DNA of 55,949 bases from Candidatus Falkowbacteria bacterium (GCA_009995495.1 JAACPL010000007.1:1-55949); one strand, 5' to 3'; positions 18,869 through 28,844 are shown, counted from the stretch's first letter. Notes: generated by a model from the sequence alone, not told the origin. Program-made: numbers and translations.

Positions 18869-18965
18869 AAAGCCTTGTTATTTTGAGAAAATAATTTTAA
18901 GATACTATTATGATAAACTTTTATCATTAAAAAGACAACTGTCTTTAAAGTTTATAAATATTTTT

Positions 18966-19535
18966 ATGATTATAACTTTCAGTGGCGCCGCTGGTTCCGG
19001 TAAAAGCACAATCGCTCAAAAATTAGCCGATAACTTAAAGTGGCCTCGTTATTATATGGGCGGACTTAGGCGCGAGGCGGCTAAAAAAAGAGGCCTAACC
19101 TTAGCGGAATACAATGAGCTTGGCGAGAAAGATCCAAAAACCGATATGGAAGTTGATGAGTATCAAAAAAAATTGGGAGAAACTGAAGATAATTTTATTA
19201 TTGAAGGCCGAACCTCTTGGTATTTTATTCCTCATTCTTTGAAGATATATTTAGATGTTAGCCTTGAGGAAGGCGCAAAAAGGATTTTTCTAAGTTTAAA
19301 GGGAAAAAATGAACGAAACGAGGCTCTCGGTCTTGAAAGTTTAGCGGATGTTAAAGCGAGCATGCTTAAAAGGCTTGAGAGTGATAGTAAGAGATATAAA
19401 AAGTATTATAATATTGATGTTAATGATTTTAGTCATTATGATTATTACCTAGACACAACAAAAATGACTAAAAAAGAGGTTATGAAAGCGGTTTTTGATT
19501 TTGTTGAGGGAAGGCTTGACAAGGCCAAAAAATAA
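18966..19535 (+). CDS. cytidylate-kinase-like nucleotide kinase
   Basis: P-loop FSGAAGSGKSTIAQKLA at the N-terminus. I place the start at the ATG at 18966; the longer track ORF overlaps smc antisense. Confidence 0.6.
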   Translation: MIITFSGAAGSGKSTIAQKLADNLKWPRYYMGGLRREAAKKRGLTLAEYNELGEKDPKTDMEVDEYQKKLGETEDNFIIEGRTSWYFIPHSLKIYLDVSLEEGAKRIFLSLKGKNERNEALGLESLADVKASMLKRLESDSKRYKKYYNIDVNDFSHYDYYLDTTKMTKKEVMKAVFDFVEGRLDKAKK

Positions 19536-19624
19536 TTATAGTATTAGACCAGATTTGGCTTGAACCTAAGGGTTTTTGCAGTTATTATAAAAATTAAAAG
19601 ATTAAGCATCATATCAATAAACAT

Positions 19625-19954
19625 ATGGTTGAAACTAAAATGGAACTAAAGCCGGGCATGACCGTCAGAGTTCACCAAAAAATTAAAGAATTAAATTCTA
19701 AGGGAGAGGAAAAAGAAAGAGTTCAATACTTTGAGGGTATTATTATTGCCAGAAAACACAATAAAGAAACCGGAGCAACTATTACTGTCCGCAAGGTTTC
19801 TGATGGTATTGGTGTAGAAAAGATTTTTCCTTTGAATTTACCGACCATTACTAAAATAGAAATTAAGAAAATTGCCGAGGTTAGACGCGCTAAACTTTAT
19901 TTCTTAAGAGATGGTTATAAAAAGAGGTTAAAGGAGAAGGTTGTTAAGGAATAA
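19625..19954 (+). CDS. rplS: 50S ribosomal protein L19
   Basis: [22 protein letters not shown]......G.TITVRK...[10 protein letters not shown] pattern. Confidence 0.9.
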   Translation: MVETKMELKPGMTVRVHQKIKELNSKGEEKERVQYFEGIIIARKHNKETGATITVRKVSDGIGVEKIFPLNLPTITKIEIKKIAEVRRAKLYFLRDGYKKRLKEKVVKE

Positions 19955-19979
19955 AACCGTTTTTTGGTTTTTTCTTTTT

Positions 19980-20066
19980 GGGCGGATGGTGGAACTGGTA
20001 GACACGCAAGCTTGAGGGGCTTGTGATCGCAAGGTCGTGGAGGTTCAAGTCCTCTTTCGCCCACCA
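19980..20066 (+). tRNA. tRNA-Leu(GAG), CCA encoded
   Basis: Acceptor GGGCGGA/TTCGCCC, anticodon stem CAAGC/GCTTG with loop TTGAGGG, long variable arm, 3' ACCA. Confidence 0.9.
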
Positions 20067-20077
20067 AAGCACAATTA

Positions 20078-20151
20078 GGGCGCATAGCTCAGCTGGTTAG
20101 AGCACTTCGTTTACACCGAAGGGGTCCAGGGTTCGAATCCTTGTGCGCCCA
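20078..20151 (+). tRNA. tRNA-Val(UAC), no encoded CCA
   Basis: GGGCGCATAGCTCAGCTGGTTAGAGCA D-arm, anticodon stem CTTCG/CGAAG with loop TTTACAC, T-loop GGTTCGAATCC. A terminator hairpin follows (20155-20195). Confidence 0.9.
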
Positions 20152-20256
20152 CATAAACAAAAAGAGAAACCGTATGGTTTCTCTTTTTGTTTTAACTCAG
20201 TTGTTTTTTCGTGCTATAATTAAATTAATTAATTAATAATATTAACAATAGATAAC

Positions 20257-20982
20257 ATGTTAGAGATAAAAAATTTAAATAAAAAATTTGCTGATTTTTT
20301 TGCTGTAAAGGAGATTAATCTAAAAGTTGTTGAAGGAGAGTTCTTTTCCTTAATAGGCCCTAATGGGTCAGGGAAAACTACTATTATAAAAAATATTTTA
20401 GGCCTTTTGCATCCTAGCTCAGGTGATATTTTGATAAATAGTAGAAGTATTAAAACTTCTCCAATTGAGGCAAAAGAGCAAATGGCCTATATCCCTGATG
20501 AACCTAAAATTTGGAACCATATTACCGGCGAAGAGTTTCTATATTTCTCTGGAGCTCTATATGGTATGAAAAAAGAAGATATTTCTAAGAAAATTCCTGA
20601 GCTTTTAGGACACTTTGATTTAAAAGGTATAGAAAAGAATTATTTTGAAAATTATTCTAGAGGGAATAAACAAAAGTTTAGCATTTTAGCAGCCTTACTT
20701 CATAATCCCAAGTTAATTTTAGTAGATGAGCCCATTGTCGGTCTTGATCCAGAATCGGCTGAAGTGGCTATGGATTTATTATATAAGTTTTGTCAGAGTG
20801 GCGGCACTGTTTTTATGACTACCCACACTTTGCCAGTAGCTCAAAAGTATTCTTCGAGGATTGGTATTTTAAATGAAGGGAAACTTATTGCCGCTGATAC
20901 CTTAGATAATTTGAGAAAAAAGATGAATGATAAAAATGCTAGTCTGTCGGAAATATATTTTAACTTTACTAAACATGATTAA
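20257..20982 (+). CDS. ABC transporter ATP-binding protein
   Basis: Walker A GPNGSGKTT, signature YSRGNKQK, Walker B LILVDEP. Confidence 0.85.
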   Translation: MLEIKNLNKKFADFFAVKEINLKVVEGEFFSLIGPNGSGKTTIIKNILGLLHPSSGDILINSRSIKTSPIEAKEQMAYIPDEPKIWNHITGEEFLYFSGALYGMKKEDISKKIPELLGHFDLKGIEKNYFENYSRGNKQKFSILAALLHNPKLILVDEPIVGLDPESAEVAMDLLYKFCQSGGTVFMTTHTLPVAQKYSSRIGILNEGKLIAADTLDNLRKKMNDKNASLSEIYFNFTKHD

Positions 20983-22624
20983 AGAATTTTTTTTATATCA
21001 AAATAAAAAGTTTCTGAGATATTTTCAGAACAATAAAGTGGCAAAAATCTCAGTAACAGTTTTAATGCTTGCTGTTATAGCTTTAATAGCCTGGGGCGTT
21101 TTTTATCTTACTAAATTTGGTTTAGAATTCACGCAGATAGAGGATGATATATTCATGAATCAAGTAGGGCCTTTATATATTTATGAACTATTTTTATTGC
21201 TTACGGGATTTTTGGTATTTGTTAGTAGCATTATTTTTGCTTTGGTTAATTTTTTTAAAAGTTATAAAGATAACTGGATAATGGCTAGCCCTAAATATAG
21301 AACAATGTTGTGGGTTAATTCTTTTAAAGCTATAAATAATTCCACTTGGGCCATTGTGATTATTAGCATCCCTCTTTTAATAGCTGCTGGACAAGTTTTT
21401 CAGTTTTCTTTTTTAACTGTTTTTCTATCAGTCTTGGCGGTATTAATTTTCGCGGTAATTTGTTCTTTACTCGCTATAATGATTATTTTTATCTTTTCAA
21501 TTCTGATGAATTTGTTGAGGATAAAAAACTTTATGCTTTTGGCCTCACTTGTTATCGCTGTAGTGGTATATATAGCCGTGTTCATATGGCAAAGAGTTGT
21601 AAATATGAATTTGGAAAAGATTTTCCAAACAGATAATATTGTTGACCCTAGTTTATCAGTTTTTACTGACTACTTCTCCGTATTTCCATCTCATTTGTCA
21701 GCTATGGTTATTTTTAATTTTCAAATAGGTGATACCGTTACCGCTATTAAATATGTAAGTCTGTTGTTACTAGCTTTATTTATTATAGTTTTAATATTTA
21801 AACTTTTAGAATTTAAATTTCTCCATATTTGGCAAATCTTTCAAGAAGGTCCTTTTGAAGCTAAGAAAGAAAAAAAGCAAGCAACAAGGCATTTATTTCA
21901 AGGAAGTTTTCCTAAGTCAGCTGAAGATGTTGTTTACAAAAAAGAGCTCTTAACCTCACTACGTTCATCAAAGAATTTTCTAGGGATCTTATTTCTAGCG
22001 ATACTATTATTTGCTCAAGTAGCCCTAATTACACTGATAGATAAATATTCAAATATTGGTGATGACTTTATCTTGGGTGAAAATATGATAGCCTTGCAGT
22101 TGGCGATAGTATTATTCTTTATCACGGCTTTTATTGTTAGATTTGTCTTCCCATCTTTTAGTCAGGAAAATAACACATCTTGGATTATGGGCTCAGCTCC
22201 TATTAAAATGTCTAAAGTGTTTTATAGTAAGTATAAAATATTTTCTTTGGCTTTAATCATTTTAGGCACTTTATCACTTTTATTATATATAATACCTCTT
22301 CAAATTAGTCTTTCCTTGTCTATATCTTTAAACATAGTTACTTTAATAGCTATTTTGACCTTAACTATGTTAGGGCTGGCTTTAGGATCTATTTATATTA
22401 ACTTTGAAAGCAGTGATCCTAATGAACTAAGTACTTCTGCGCCCGGTATTAGTTTTATCATTTCAGCCTTAGCCTATATAACCCTAACTACATATTTGTT
22501 TTATTTGAGTGTTTCAAGTGCTAGTTATTTGCCGCTTATATTATTTACTGTTGTTTCAATTATAATTATCCTTAGCTTTAAGCGCTTAGCAATAAAAGCT
22601 TTGGAGAAAATGGAATATTATTAA
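20975..22624 (+). CDS. multi-pass membrane protein, putative permease partner of the ABC ATPase
   Basis: About 550 aa with many TM segments. The start ATG at 20975 overlaps the ATPase stop (ATGATTAA), suggesting translational coupling. Confidence 0.6.
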   Translation: MIKEFFLYQNKKFLRYFQNNKVAKISVTVLMLAVIALIAWGVFYLTKFGLEFTQIEDDIFMNQVGPLYIYELFLLLTGFLVFVSSIIFALVNFFKSYKDNWIMASPKYRTMLWVNSFKAINNSTWAIVIISIPLLIAAGQVFQFSFLTVFLSVLAVLIFAVICSLLAIMIIFIFSILMNLLRIKNFMLLASLVIAVVVYIAVFIWQRVVNMNLEKIFQTDNIVDPSLSVFTDYFSVFPSHLSAMVIFNFQIGDTVTAIKYVSLLLLALFIIVLIFKLLEFKFLHIWQIFQEGPFEAKKEKKQATRHLFQGSFPKSAEDVVYKKELLTSLRSSKNFLGILFLAILLFAQVALITLIDKYSNIGDDFILGENMIALQLAIVLFFITAFIVRFVFPSFSQENNTSWIMGSAPIKMSKVFYSKYKIFSLALIILGTLSLLLYIIPLQISLSLSISLNIVTLIAILTLTMLGLALGSIYINFESSDPNELSTSAPGISFIISALAYITLTTYLFYLSVSSASYLPLILFTVVSIIIILSFKRLAIKALEKMEYY

Positions 22625-22777
22625 CCACACATTAGTAATTACACTTGACAATACCTGAAAAAATGCTATTTTAACTATATTAGTGATTTGATATCTTATA
22701 ATAATCACAAAAAACAGGCGTTAGCCTGTTTTTATAACAGAACTTTTAAAATTAAATATAAATTTAAAAAAGAGAAA

Positions 22778-23290
22778 ATGAAGAGTGAGATTACGCGTCC
22801 TATGTCTTTGGGTAAAGTAATAGAAATCCCATCATGTGATGGTTCAGAGAAAATCTGTGGAGATCGCACAACTTTTGTTTCCGGAATTGATGGTGATTTT
22901 TCCAAACTAACATCTTTGGGTATAAACACGGGCCCGACAAAAATTGAAATTTACGAAATTGTTAAAGATGGGACTTTTTATAGCGCTTTTTCCGGATTAG
23001 ACCGAAACTGGAATCGGAAGTGGTTATCACAGCATCAGGTAATTAGTTTCTGTAAAAATTTCTCAACTTTTTTAAGATTGGGTGGTAATTGCACCTTTAT
23101 CTTAATTAAAAAAGATGAGCAACTTCCCGTTAATGAGCTTAATCCGCTGGAAAATTTGGCGCCGGTTCAAATTTATGTTAGAGGTGGAAGTCGTCAAATA
23201 GCTTTACGTGAGCTGGATTGTGACATTATTTGGAAGGGTAAGGATAAAAATAGGCTCATTATCCCTTGTTTTCAGCCATGTCTAAGATAA
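22778..23290 (+). CDS. hypothetical protein
   Basis: I place the start at MKSEITRP (22778), downstream of a terminator hairpin at 22708-22733. An intrinsic terminator lies at 23296-23331. No family recognised. Confidence 0.45.
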   Translation: MKSEITRPMSLGKVIEIPSCDGSEKICGDRTTFVSGIDGDFSKLTSLGINTGPTKIEIYEIVKDGTFYSAFSGLDRNWNRKWLSQHQVISFCKNFSTFLRLGGNCTFILIKKDEQLPVNELNPLENLAPVQIYVRGGSRQIALRELDCDIIWKGKDKNRLIIPCFQPCLR

Positions 23291-23494
23291 AAAATTAACC
23301 CTGCCCGACTTATTTGAGTCGGGCTTTTTAATTAAAGATTTGATTTCACAAATTAAAAAGCCCTGGAGTTTCACCAGAGCTTTAATAAATCGATGATTGT
23401 GGTTGTTGTTTATAGATTTTTTGGTGCCACGGGAATTGCGTTGTTTTTTATAAACATGTTATGTTAACTAGAACATTGCGGTTCACCTTTTTCG

Positions 23495-23833
23495 TTAACA
23501 ATAACAATTGACGCAAAACGGTGACACCCATACCGCATCGAGAGCATGACCAAATACAGCTGTTTCTTTTCCGATAAAAGTTTCATCGGTTCCGCCAACT
23601 GCTCTGGCGGAAATATTATTTATTTGAAACTGGAAAACACTGTTTTCCAAGTAAGCAAATGACGAAATTTTTTTAGAAAGCTGATTCTCATCTTGATTGG
23701 TGAAAAATTGTTGGCCCGCTTTTAATTCTTCGGAAGATTTAACATTACTGTTAGCTTTGGAATAATTTCCTAGAGACGTGGTAATCAAAACTATAAACAA
23801 CAAGGCTTTTAAACGAACTTTTCTTTTTTTCAT
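23495..23833 (-). CDS. small secreted hypothetical protein with Cys-rich C-terminus
   Basis: Signal peptide MKKRKVRLKALLFIVLITTSLG. The C-terminus ends FCVNCYC. No family recognised. Confidence 0.45.
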   Translation of the reverse strand: MKKRKVRLKALLFIVLITTSLGNYSKANSNVKSSEELKAGQQFFTNQDENQLSKKISSFAYLENSVFQFQINNISARAVGGTDETFIGKETAVFGHALDAVWVSPFCVNCYC

Positions 23834-23957
23834 GGTATTCCTTGTTGGTTTATAAATATATTATAAAATCTCGAAAAAAAAGTCAAGATATTTTTGTTGA
23901 TCACCGAGGATAAGAAAAAAGCAGGCAATTTAGGCCTGCTTACACAAAGAATTTAAA

Positions 23958-24236
23958 TCATTCAGTTTTTTCTTTGATTTCAATTTTTAATTTTTTTACT
24001 TTCTCTTCATCACTTAAATCACTGGCACAGTACATGCAGGAACCAGTAATAAAGTAATAGTTTTTATAGTCCTCTTCTTTTTCAAGAACTATGTCTGGGA
24101 AATTACCCATATCTCCCATAATACTTATTAATATTCCCACTAGCCTAGAACTTAATGGGGCACTTCTTCCACAATTCTCACATTTTGTGAAAGAAACAGC
24201 CCAGGGAAATTTCATCAATAATTCATCACCTTTCAT
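23958..24236 (-). CDS. small hypothetical protein with two CxxC pairs (zinc-ribbon-like)
   Basis: CENC ... CMYC. AAGGAGG Shine-Dalgarno sequence. 21-nt gap after the upstream ORF, and a terminator hairpin at about 23918-23945. Confidence 0.45.
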   Translation of the reverse strand: MKGDELLMKFPWAVSFTKCENCGRSAPLSSRLVGILISIMGDMGNFPDIVLEKEEDYKNYYFITGSCMYCASDLSDEEKVKKLKIEIKEKTE

Positions 24237-24257
24237 TACTCCTCCTTTTCTGTTTTA

Positions 24258-24995
24258 TTAATTTTTAATTTTTTCTTGTTCTAATAGTTTATTTTGATAA
24301 TTTGTTAATATAGATTGGACGATTTTTTCTCCGTATTCATCGATTTTAGCTTGAAATGTTTCTTTGTTAAAGTCTTTATTTACTTTGCTTGGATCCATTT
24401 GATCCCTTTCTTCTTGGCTTATTAAAATTATAATATTAGCTTTGGCCCGAGTTTTATCTCTATTCCCAGTTAAGTCAATGGTTGTGCCAATTATTTCTTC
24501 GTCAGTTTCTTTGTCACATAATTTAAAAAAGCAATCAATTCCGTGTAAAATATCAAGGTGAGTTAAGCCGGTGGCGGTATAAAATTTTAAAGAATATTTG
24601 TCCTCAAAACGGTTCTTTATATAATTATATAAAGATGCGCTAAAAAATTTAGCGGGTTTTTCAGGACTTCCATATTGAGATTTTTCTACCAAATTCATTG
24701 AATCCTCATAATTAATCAAATTTTCATCTTTTTGAATTTTTACAAGACTGTCAAAACGGCTAGCAGCAGCTTCTCTCATCTTTAGTATTTTTTCATACTT
24801 CTCCTCTTTACTTTCCGCGCTTGTATCGTCTGTTATATCATCATCTACAAGTTGCTTCGTCTTTTGCTGAATATAGTCAAAAGCTAGTTCATCATATTTT
24901 TTCTTGTTTACGCTACCAATAAATTCAGCCTCCATTCGATGTCCGCTATTTTCGTATTGGGGAATTCTCTTGTCAGAAGAATAAGCTTTTGTCAT
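24258..24995 (-). CDS. hypothetical protein (acidic, 245 aa)
   Basis: Long uninterrupted ORF, co-oriented and tightly linked with the zinc-ribbon ORF. No family recognised. Confidence 0.5.
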   Translation of the reverse strand: MTKAYSSDKRIPQYENSGHRMEAEFIGSVNKKKYDELAFDYIQQKTKQLVDDDITDDTSAESKEEKYEKILKMREAAASRFDSLVKIQKDENLINYEDSMNLVEKSQYGSPEKPAKFFSASLYNYIKNRFEDKYSLKFYTATGLTHLDILHGIDCFFKLCDKETDEEIIGTTIDLTGNRDKTRAKANIIILISQEERDQMDPSKVNKDFNKETFQAKIDEYGEKIVQSILTNYQNKLLEQEKIKN

Positions 24996-25077
24996 AGTAT
25001 TAATAAAAAATGATTAAATTAGTTTTATTTTGACGAGTACAATATATCATACTTATTGAAAGAAGTCAATAGTATGC

Positions 25078-25106
25078 TTGACATAAATTATTTAATATGA
25101 TATAGT
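25078..25106 (+). promoter_or_regulatory. consensus sigma70 promoter for the DksA/TraR-like gene
   Basis: TTGACA, 17 nt, TATAGT, about 35 nt upstream of the ATG at 25142. Confidence 0.5.
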
Positions 25107-25141
25107 CTGCCTAGTTCATTTAAACCTTTAAATCGAAAATC

Positions 25142-25489
25142 ATGAAGGAAGAATTGAAAATTCCAACTCAGAAGACTGACGTTATTGAAAGGCGCCTTGA
25201 TAAACAATTCATCGAAAGCCAAAAAAATATTATTATTGGCAGAATTGCTAAATACATGGACAAGGAAAGAATTGTTGAAGAATTGAGGGATAACGATGTT
25301 TCTCCTTATATTCTTTATAAGCAACAAGAAGTTGTTCCGCAACTTCAAAAAGCTTTAAGAATAATTCAAGAGGATAAATATGGTATTTGCCTTTCCTGTA
25401 GCGGCAACATCGAAATCAAAAGGCTTATAGCCGTTCCGGCGGCCTTTGTTTGTATCGCGTGTATGAGAGCGGGAAAAACTGGTAGTTAG
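25142..25489 (+). CDS. DksA/TraR-family C4 zinc-finger protein
   Basis: C-terminal CLSCSGNIEIKRLIAVPAAFVCIACM (CxxC-N17-CxxC) preceded by a coiled-coil-like region. Confidence 0.7.
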   Translation: MKEELKIPTQKTDVIERRLDKQFIESQKNIIIGRIAKYMDKERIVEELRDNDVSPYILYKQQEVVPQLQKALRIIQEDKYGICLSCSGNIEIKRLIAVPAAFVCIACMRAGKTGS

Positions 25490-25549
25490 TCGGTGGTAAA
25501 GAGTAAAAAATTTAGAACTAAGAGCTTGAAAAGGCTCTTTTTATTTTTC

Positions 25550-26287
25550 TTAATTTTTGTTTTTAAAAGTAAATCCTCGAAAAACTTCTTTTAAATTATT
25601 ATTTTTTTCTTCTTCGCTTAATTTTTCTGGTGATAAGAATTTCTTTGGCAGACGGACAATTATAAATTCTAAGTCTTCTTTTTTAATTTGTCCCGAAACA
25701 ATTCGGACCGATTCTCTGTTAATATTTCCAGTGTTTAACATTTTATCTTTAGGGTCTTCTATTAAATTATGTTGGGAATTTTGTCTGCTTGCCATCATTG
25801 TTACCAAGGGGCCGGCCATACCTCGACCCTCTAAGAAAGCATTTTGCATGCCTGCGGTAGGGTTAACTCCATGTGGCCAAATAGCGCAATTAGCATATTT
25901 ATCACCCCTATCAGCCACTACCTTTGGGTCAAAGCTTAAATCTATATCTTCATTTTCTATTAACCTAACAACTTTCTCCGGATCTTCTCGTCTAACGATT
26001 AAAGGTTTTCCATTCTTACTTAAATAGTTTCGATAGATAGAGCTTACATCTTCTTCTTTGCCGCCATTTTTTTTGAAAAAGTCGCTTATATGTTCAAGAG
26101 TGCTTTCTAAGCGATGCTTATATTCTTCTGGATTATTAATTTGTTCGTCTTTATTTTTTAAAAACCGTAAGTCACCAATTAAATAAACTAAATCCTCTGA
26201 CATTTCTTCATTAACTTCTAAATCTTCTTTCTCCTCCAATTTTTTAATGATTGGTTCATCAATAGTGAAAACTTTTTCCTGCAACAT
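25550..26287 (-). CDS. hypothetical protein (245 aa)
   Basis: Long ORF with its own terminator region. No family recognised. Confidence 0.5.
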   Translation of the reverse strand: MLQEKVFTIDEPIIKKLEEKEDLEVNEEMSEDLVYLIGDLRFLKNKDEQINNPEEYKHRLESTLEHISDFFKKNGGKEEDVSSIYRNYLSKNGKPLIVRREDPEKVVRLIENEDIDLSFDPKVVADRGDKYANCAIWPHGVNPTAGMQNAFLEGRGMAGPLVTMMASRQNSQHNLIEDPKDKMLNTGNINRESVRIVSGQIKKEDLEFIIVRLPKKFLSPEKLSEEEKNNNLKEVFRGFTFKNKN

Positions 26288-26419
26288 ATAATTATAGTTA
26301 TGTTTTATAATTTTTATTATAGCACAAATAAATCTATCTTTATTACAAGGTGATAGTACAAACTGTTGCCAAACCCCATTTTAGCTTGCTATACTCAATT
26401 TGAATATAAATGAAAAAAT

Positions 26420-27484
26420 ATGTCATTATCAATTGGAATTGTCGGTTTGCCAAATGTAGGAAAATCAAGCTTATTTAATATTTTAACCAAAAAAGGCGTT
26501 GAGGCGGCGAACTACCCTTTTTGTACCATCGATCCTAATGTCGGCGTTGTTAAAGTTCCCGACAGCCGTTTAAATGCCTTAGCCGAAGTTTCCAAGCCAG
26601 AAAAAATTATCAATACAACGATTGAGTTTGTTGATATCGCTGGACTTGTTGCTGGGGCTCATAAGGGTGAAGGTTTAGGTAATAAATTTCTGGCTAACAT
26701 CAGAGAATGTGATGCGATTTGTGAAGTTGTTCGTGATTTTAAAGATGGGAATATTATTCATGTTAGCGGAAAAGTTGATCCGAAAGGCGATAAGGAGACA
26801 ATTAACATGGAGCTGATTTTTGCTGACTTAGCGACAGTTGAAAAGCGTTTGGATAAAGTTAGGCGGGAAGCGAGAAGTGGTGGCAAGGAATTAAAAATTG
26901 AACTTGTTATTTTAGAAAGAATTTTTAAAGCTCTAAGCGATGGCTTGGCTGTTCGTGAATTGGTTTTTAGTGATGAGGAACTATTAGTAATCAAAAGTTT
27001 AAGTTTATTAACAATTAAACCAATTATCTATTTATTAAATGTTGATGAAAAGCATGATGGCAGTGATTTTTTTGGCGTTTCTGATCCGGTGATAAAAGTT
27101 AATGTTAAAACTGAAGAAGAAATTGCGGCCTTACCCGAAAATGAGCAAGCGGAATATATTAAGGAATTGGGACTTGAAGAAAGCGGACTTGATAAATTAA
27201 TTAGAATTGCTTATCAAACGCTTGGGCTTGATACTTTTTTTACAACCGGAAAAGACGAGACTCGCGCTTGGACTATTAAACGAGGTTCAAAAGCGCCAGA
27301 AGCGGCCGGAGAAATTCACACTGATTTTATTAAAGGCTTTGTTCGCGCGGAAGTTATTGCTTGGGATAAATTTGTTGAATGCGGGAGCGAAGCGAGGGCC
27401 AAAGAGCTCGGACTAATGCGTATTGAAGGAAAAGAATATATCGTTAAAGATGGCGACGTTTGTAATTTCTTGATAAACAAATAA
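26420..27484 (+). CDS. ychF: redox-regulated ATPase YchF
   Basis: GIVGLPNVGKSSLFN G1 motif, DIAGLV G3 motif, C-terminal TGS-like domain (FFT.G..E.RAWTI..G..AP.AAG.IH.DF..GFI.AEV). Confidence 0.9.
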   Translation: MSLSIGIVGLPNVGKSSLFNILTKKGVEAANYPFCTIDPNVGVVKVPDSRLNALAEVSKPEKIINTTIEFVDIAGLVAGAHKGEGLGNKFLANIRECDAICEVVRDFKDGNIIHVSGKVDPKGDKETINMELIFADLATVEKRLDKVRREARSGGKELKIELVILERIFKALSDGLAVRELVFSDEELLVIKSLSLLTIKPIIYLLNVDEKHDGSDFFGVSDPVIKVNVKTEEEIAALPENEQAEYIKELGLEESGLDKLIRIAYQTLGLDTFFTTGKDETRAWTIKRGSKAPEAAGEIHTDFIKGFVRAEVIAWDKFVECGSEARAKELGLMRIEGKEYIVKDGDVCNFLINK

Positions 27485-27532
27485 ATAGATTTTTACAATT
27501 AAAAAAGGCTTGTTTCCAGGTCCTTTTTGTTT

Positions 27533-28726
27533 TTACTTCTTTTTTAAAACCACAATTTCCCGAAAAACTTTTTGTCCGGAACGGCTATAAATTGGGTTAG
27601 CACGGGGACTTAAGCTAGATTGTAATAAAGGTGAGGTTTTTAAATTTTCTGGTAATAAATTCATTATTTCAAAACCCTCATAACTTGGGCTAATTGCTCT
27701 TTGACCATAAAAACTTGGCCAGACCATTACAACTTTCCCTCCCGTTTTTAAAACTTTTCGAAATTCTTTAATTGCTCCGGAGTATAAGTTCTCAAGTTCA
27801 GAAATTACGGAAGCGAAATTTATCATTCCTCGTTGCGGGCCTAAAAATGGCTCAGTAATAATATCATCTACTGACTCGCTTTTAATAAATTTTGATAAGG
27901 CTAAAACATTTCTAACCGCTAATTTAAGTTTAACATTTTCTATTTTATATAAATCTTTAAGCCAGGAAAAGTTTGTATAAGTATCGTCTATCGCTCGTTT
28001 AGAAATATCGGAGCCAAATAAATTTTTATAACCCATTAAAGCCGCTTCGTTAATAAGCGTCCCCGAACCACAAAAAGGATCAATAATAATATCCTCATCA
28101 GAATTTAGTTGAGCTAAATTTATCATCGCCATCGCTAATTTTGGTGGCAACATTCCCGATAAATCATCGCGAGCCGGTCGGCCGAAATCACGAAGCGATA
28201 AGTCTTTAAAGGGCTGAACCGCTAAAGTTTCACCAATAAAAACTTGTCCATCTTTTTTTAGGCCAACTATTTCTACGCCGCGTTTTAATAATTTGTTTTG
28301 AGTTATGACAACGCTTGAGAGAGTTCTCTCACGGCTAATAACAAAACGCGAACTTAGTTGTTGGGAACTAAAGTAATTTTTTATCTTAATGCCAAGATCT
28401 TTTTTATTAAATTCACCGTCGCCATAAACCGAGAAGCCAAAATTGAATTTTCCCGGATCAGATTTTTTTTGACGATTAGCCGCAATTTTTATAGCGACTT
28501 CGTTAATTTGATTTTGACTAGCGCCCTTAGTTAAAATATCTCTGATTAAACCAATTTTAATAGTTCCGCCTAGACGGGAAATTATTTTCTCTGGGTTAAT
28601 TTCTTCCTCAATTTCGGCCATTAAAAAATCAAGCGCCAAAAGTTGCGGATTTTTTAAATTTAAAAGCGCATTCAATTCAGCGATAGCTAGCGCCGTATTA
28701 TTTCCTAAAATAAAATAGTATTTCAT
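27533..28726 (-). CDS. putative RNA (or DNA) N-methyltransferase, UPF0020/Trm11-like
   Basis: SAM motif I DPFCGSGTL and a downstream ITEPFLG in the position of the (D/N)PPY motif, with an N-terminal THUMP-like region. The substrate is not determinable. Confidence 0.55.
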   Translation of the reverse strand: MKYYFILGNNTALAIAELNALLNLKNPQLLALDFLMAEIEEEINPEKIISRLGGTIKIGLIRDILTKGASQNQINEVAIKIAANRQKKSDPGKFNFGFSVYGDGEFNKKDLGIKIKNYFSSQQLSSRFVISRERTLSSVVITQNKLLKRGVEIVGLKKDGQVFIGETLAVQPFKDLSLRDFGRPARDDLSGMLPPKLAMAMINLAQLNSDEDIIIDPFCGSGTLINEAALMGYKNLFGSDISKRAIDDTYTNFSWLKDLYKIENVKLKLAVRNVLALSKFIKSESVDDIITEPFLGPQRGMINFASVISELENLYSGAIKEFRKVLKTGGKVVMVWPSFYGQRAISPSYEGFEIMNLLPENLKTSPLLQSSLSPRANPIYSRSGQKVFREIVVLKKK

Positions 28727-28809
28727 AAATTAAGCATATCGGAAAAATTGGATAATGTATAGATTGGAGAGAGTTTTTTAGACAAAAGCGTGAAAAAATA
28801 TTATTTTGC

Positions 28810-28838
28810 TTGACATTATCTAATATATATGATATAAT
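28810..28838 (+). promoter_or_regulatory. consensus sigma70 promoter now facing into the IS30 element
   Basis: TTGACA (28810-28815), exactly 17 nt, TATAAT (28833-28838). It ends 6 nt before the IS outer inverted repeat. Confidence 0.5.
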
Positions 28839-28844
28839 ACTTTG

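Noticed and set aside
18738-18965. The N-terminal 76 codons of track ORF 18738-19535.
   Set aside because: They overlap the smc 5' end antisense. The kinase P-loop begins right after the internal ATG at 18966.
22650-22733. A promoter-like TTGACA plus a hairpin (aaaaaacaggc-gtta-gcctgttttt) as a riboswitch-type leader for the 22778 gene.
   Set aside because: The simplest reading is that the hairpin is the terminator of the upstream ABC operon. The -10 element is poor. I did not report it as a separate regulatory finding.
23495-23620. The C-terminus of the small secreted protein (..AVWVSPFCVNCYC) as the DGR target, or as a RiPP-like precursor.
   Set aside because: The reverse-complemented nucleotide sequence shows no similarity to the TR. 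No modification-enzyme genes are adjacent, so the RiPP idea has no support.
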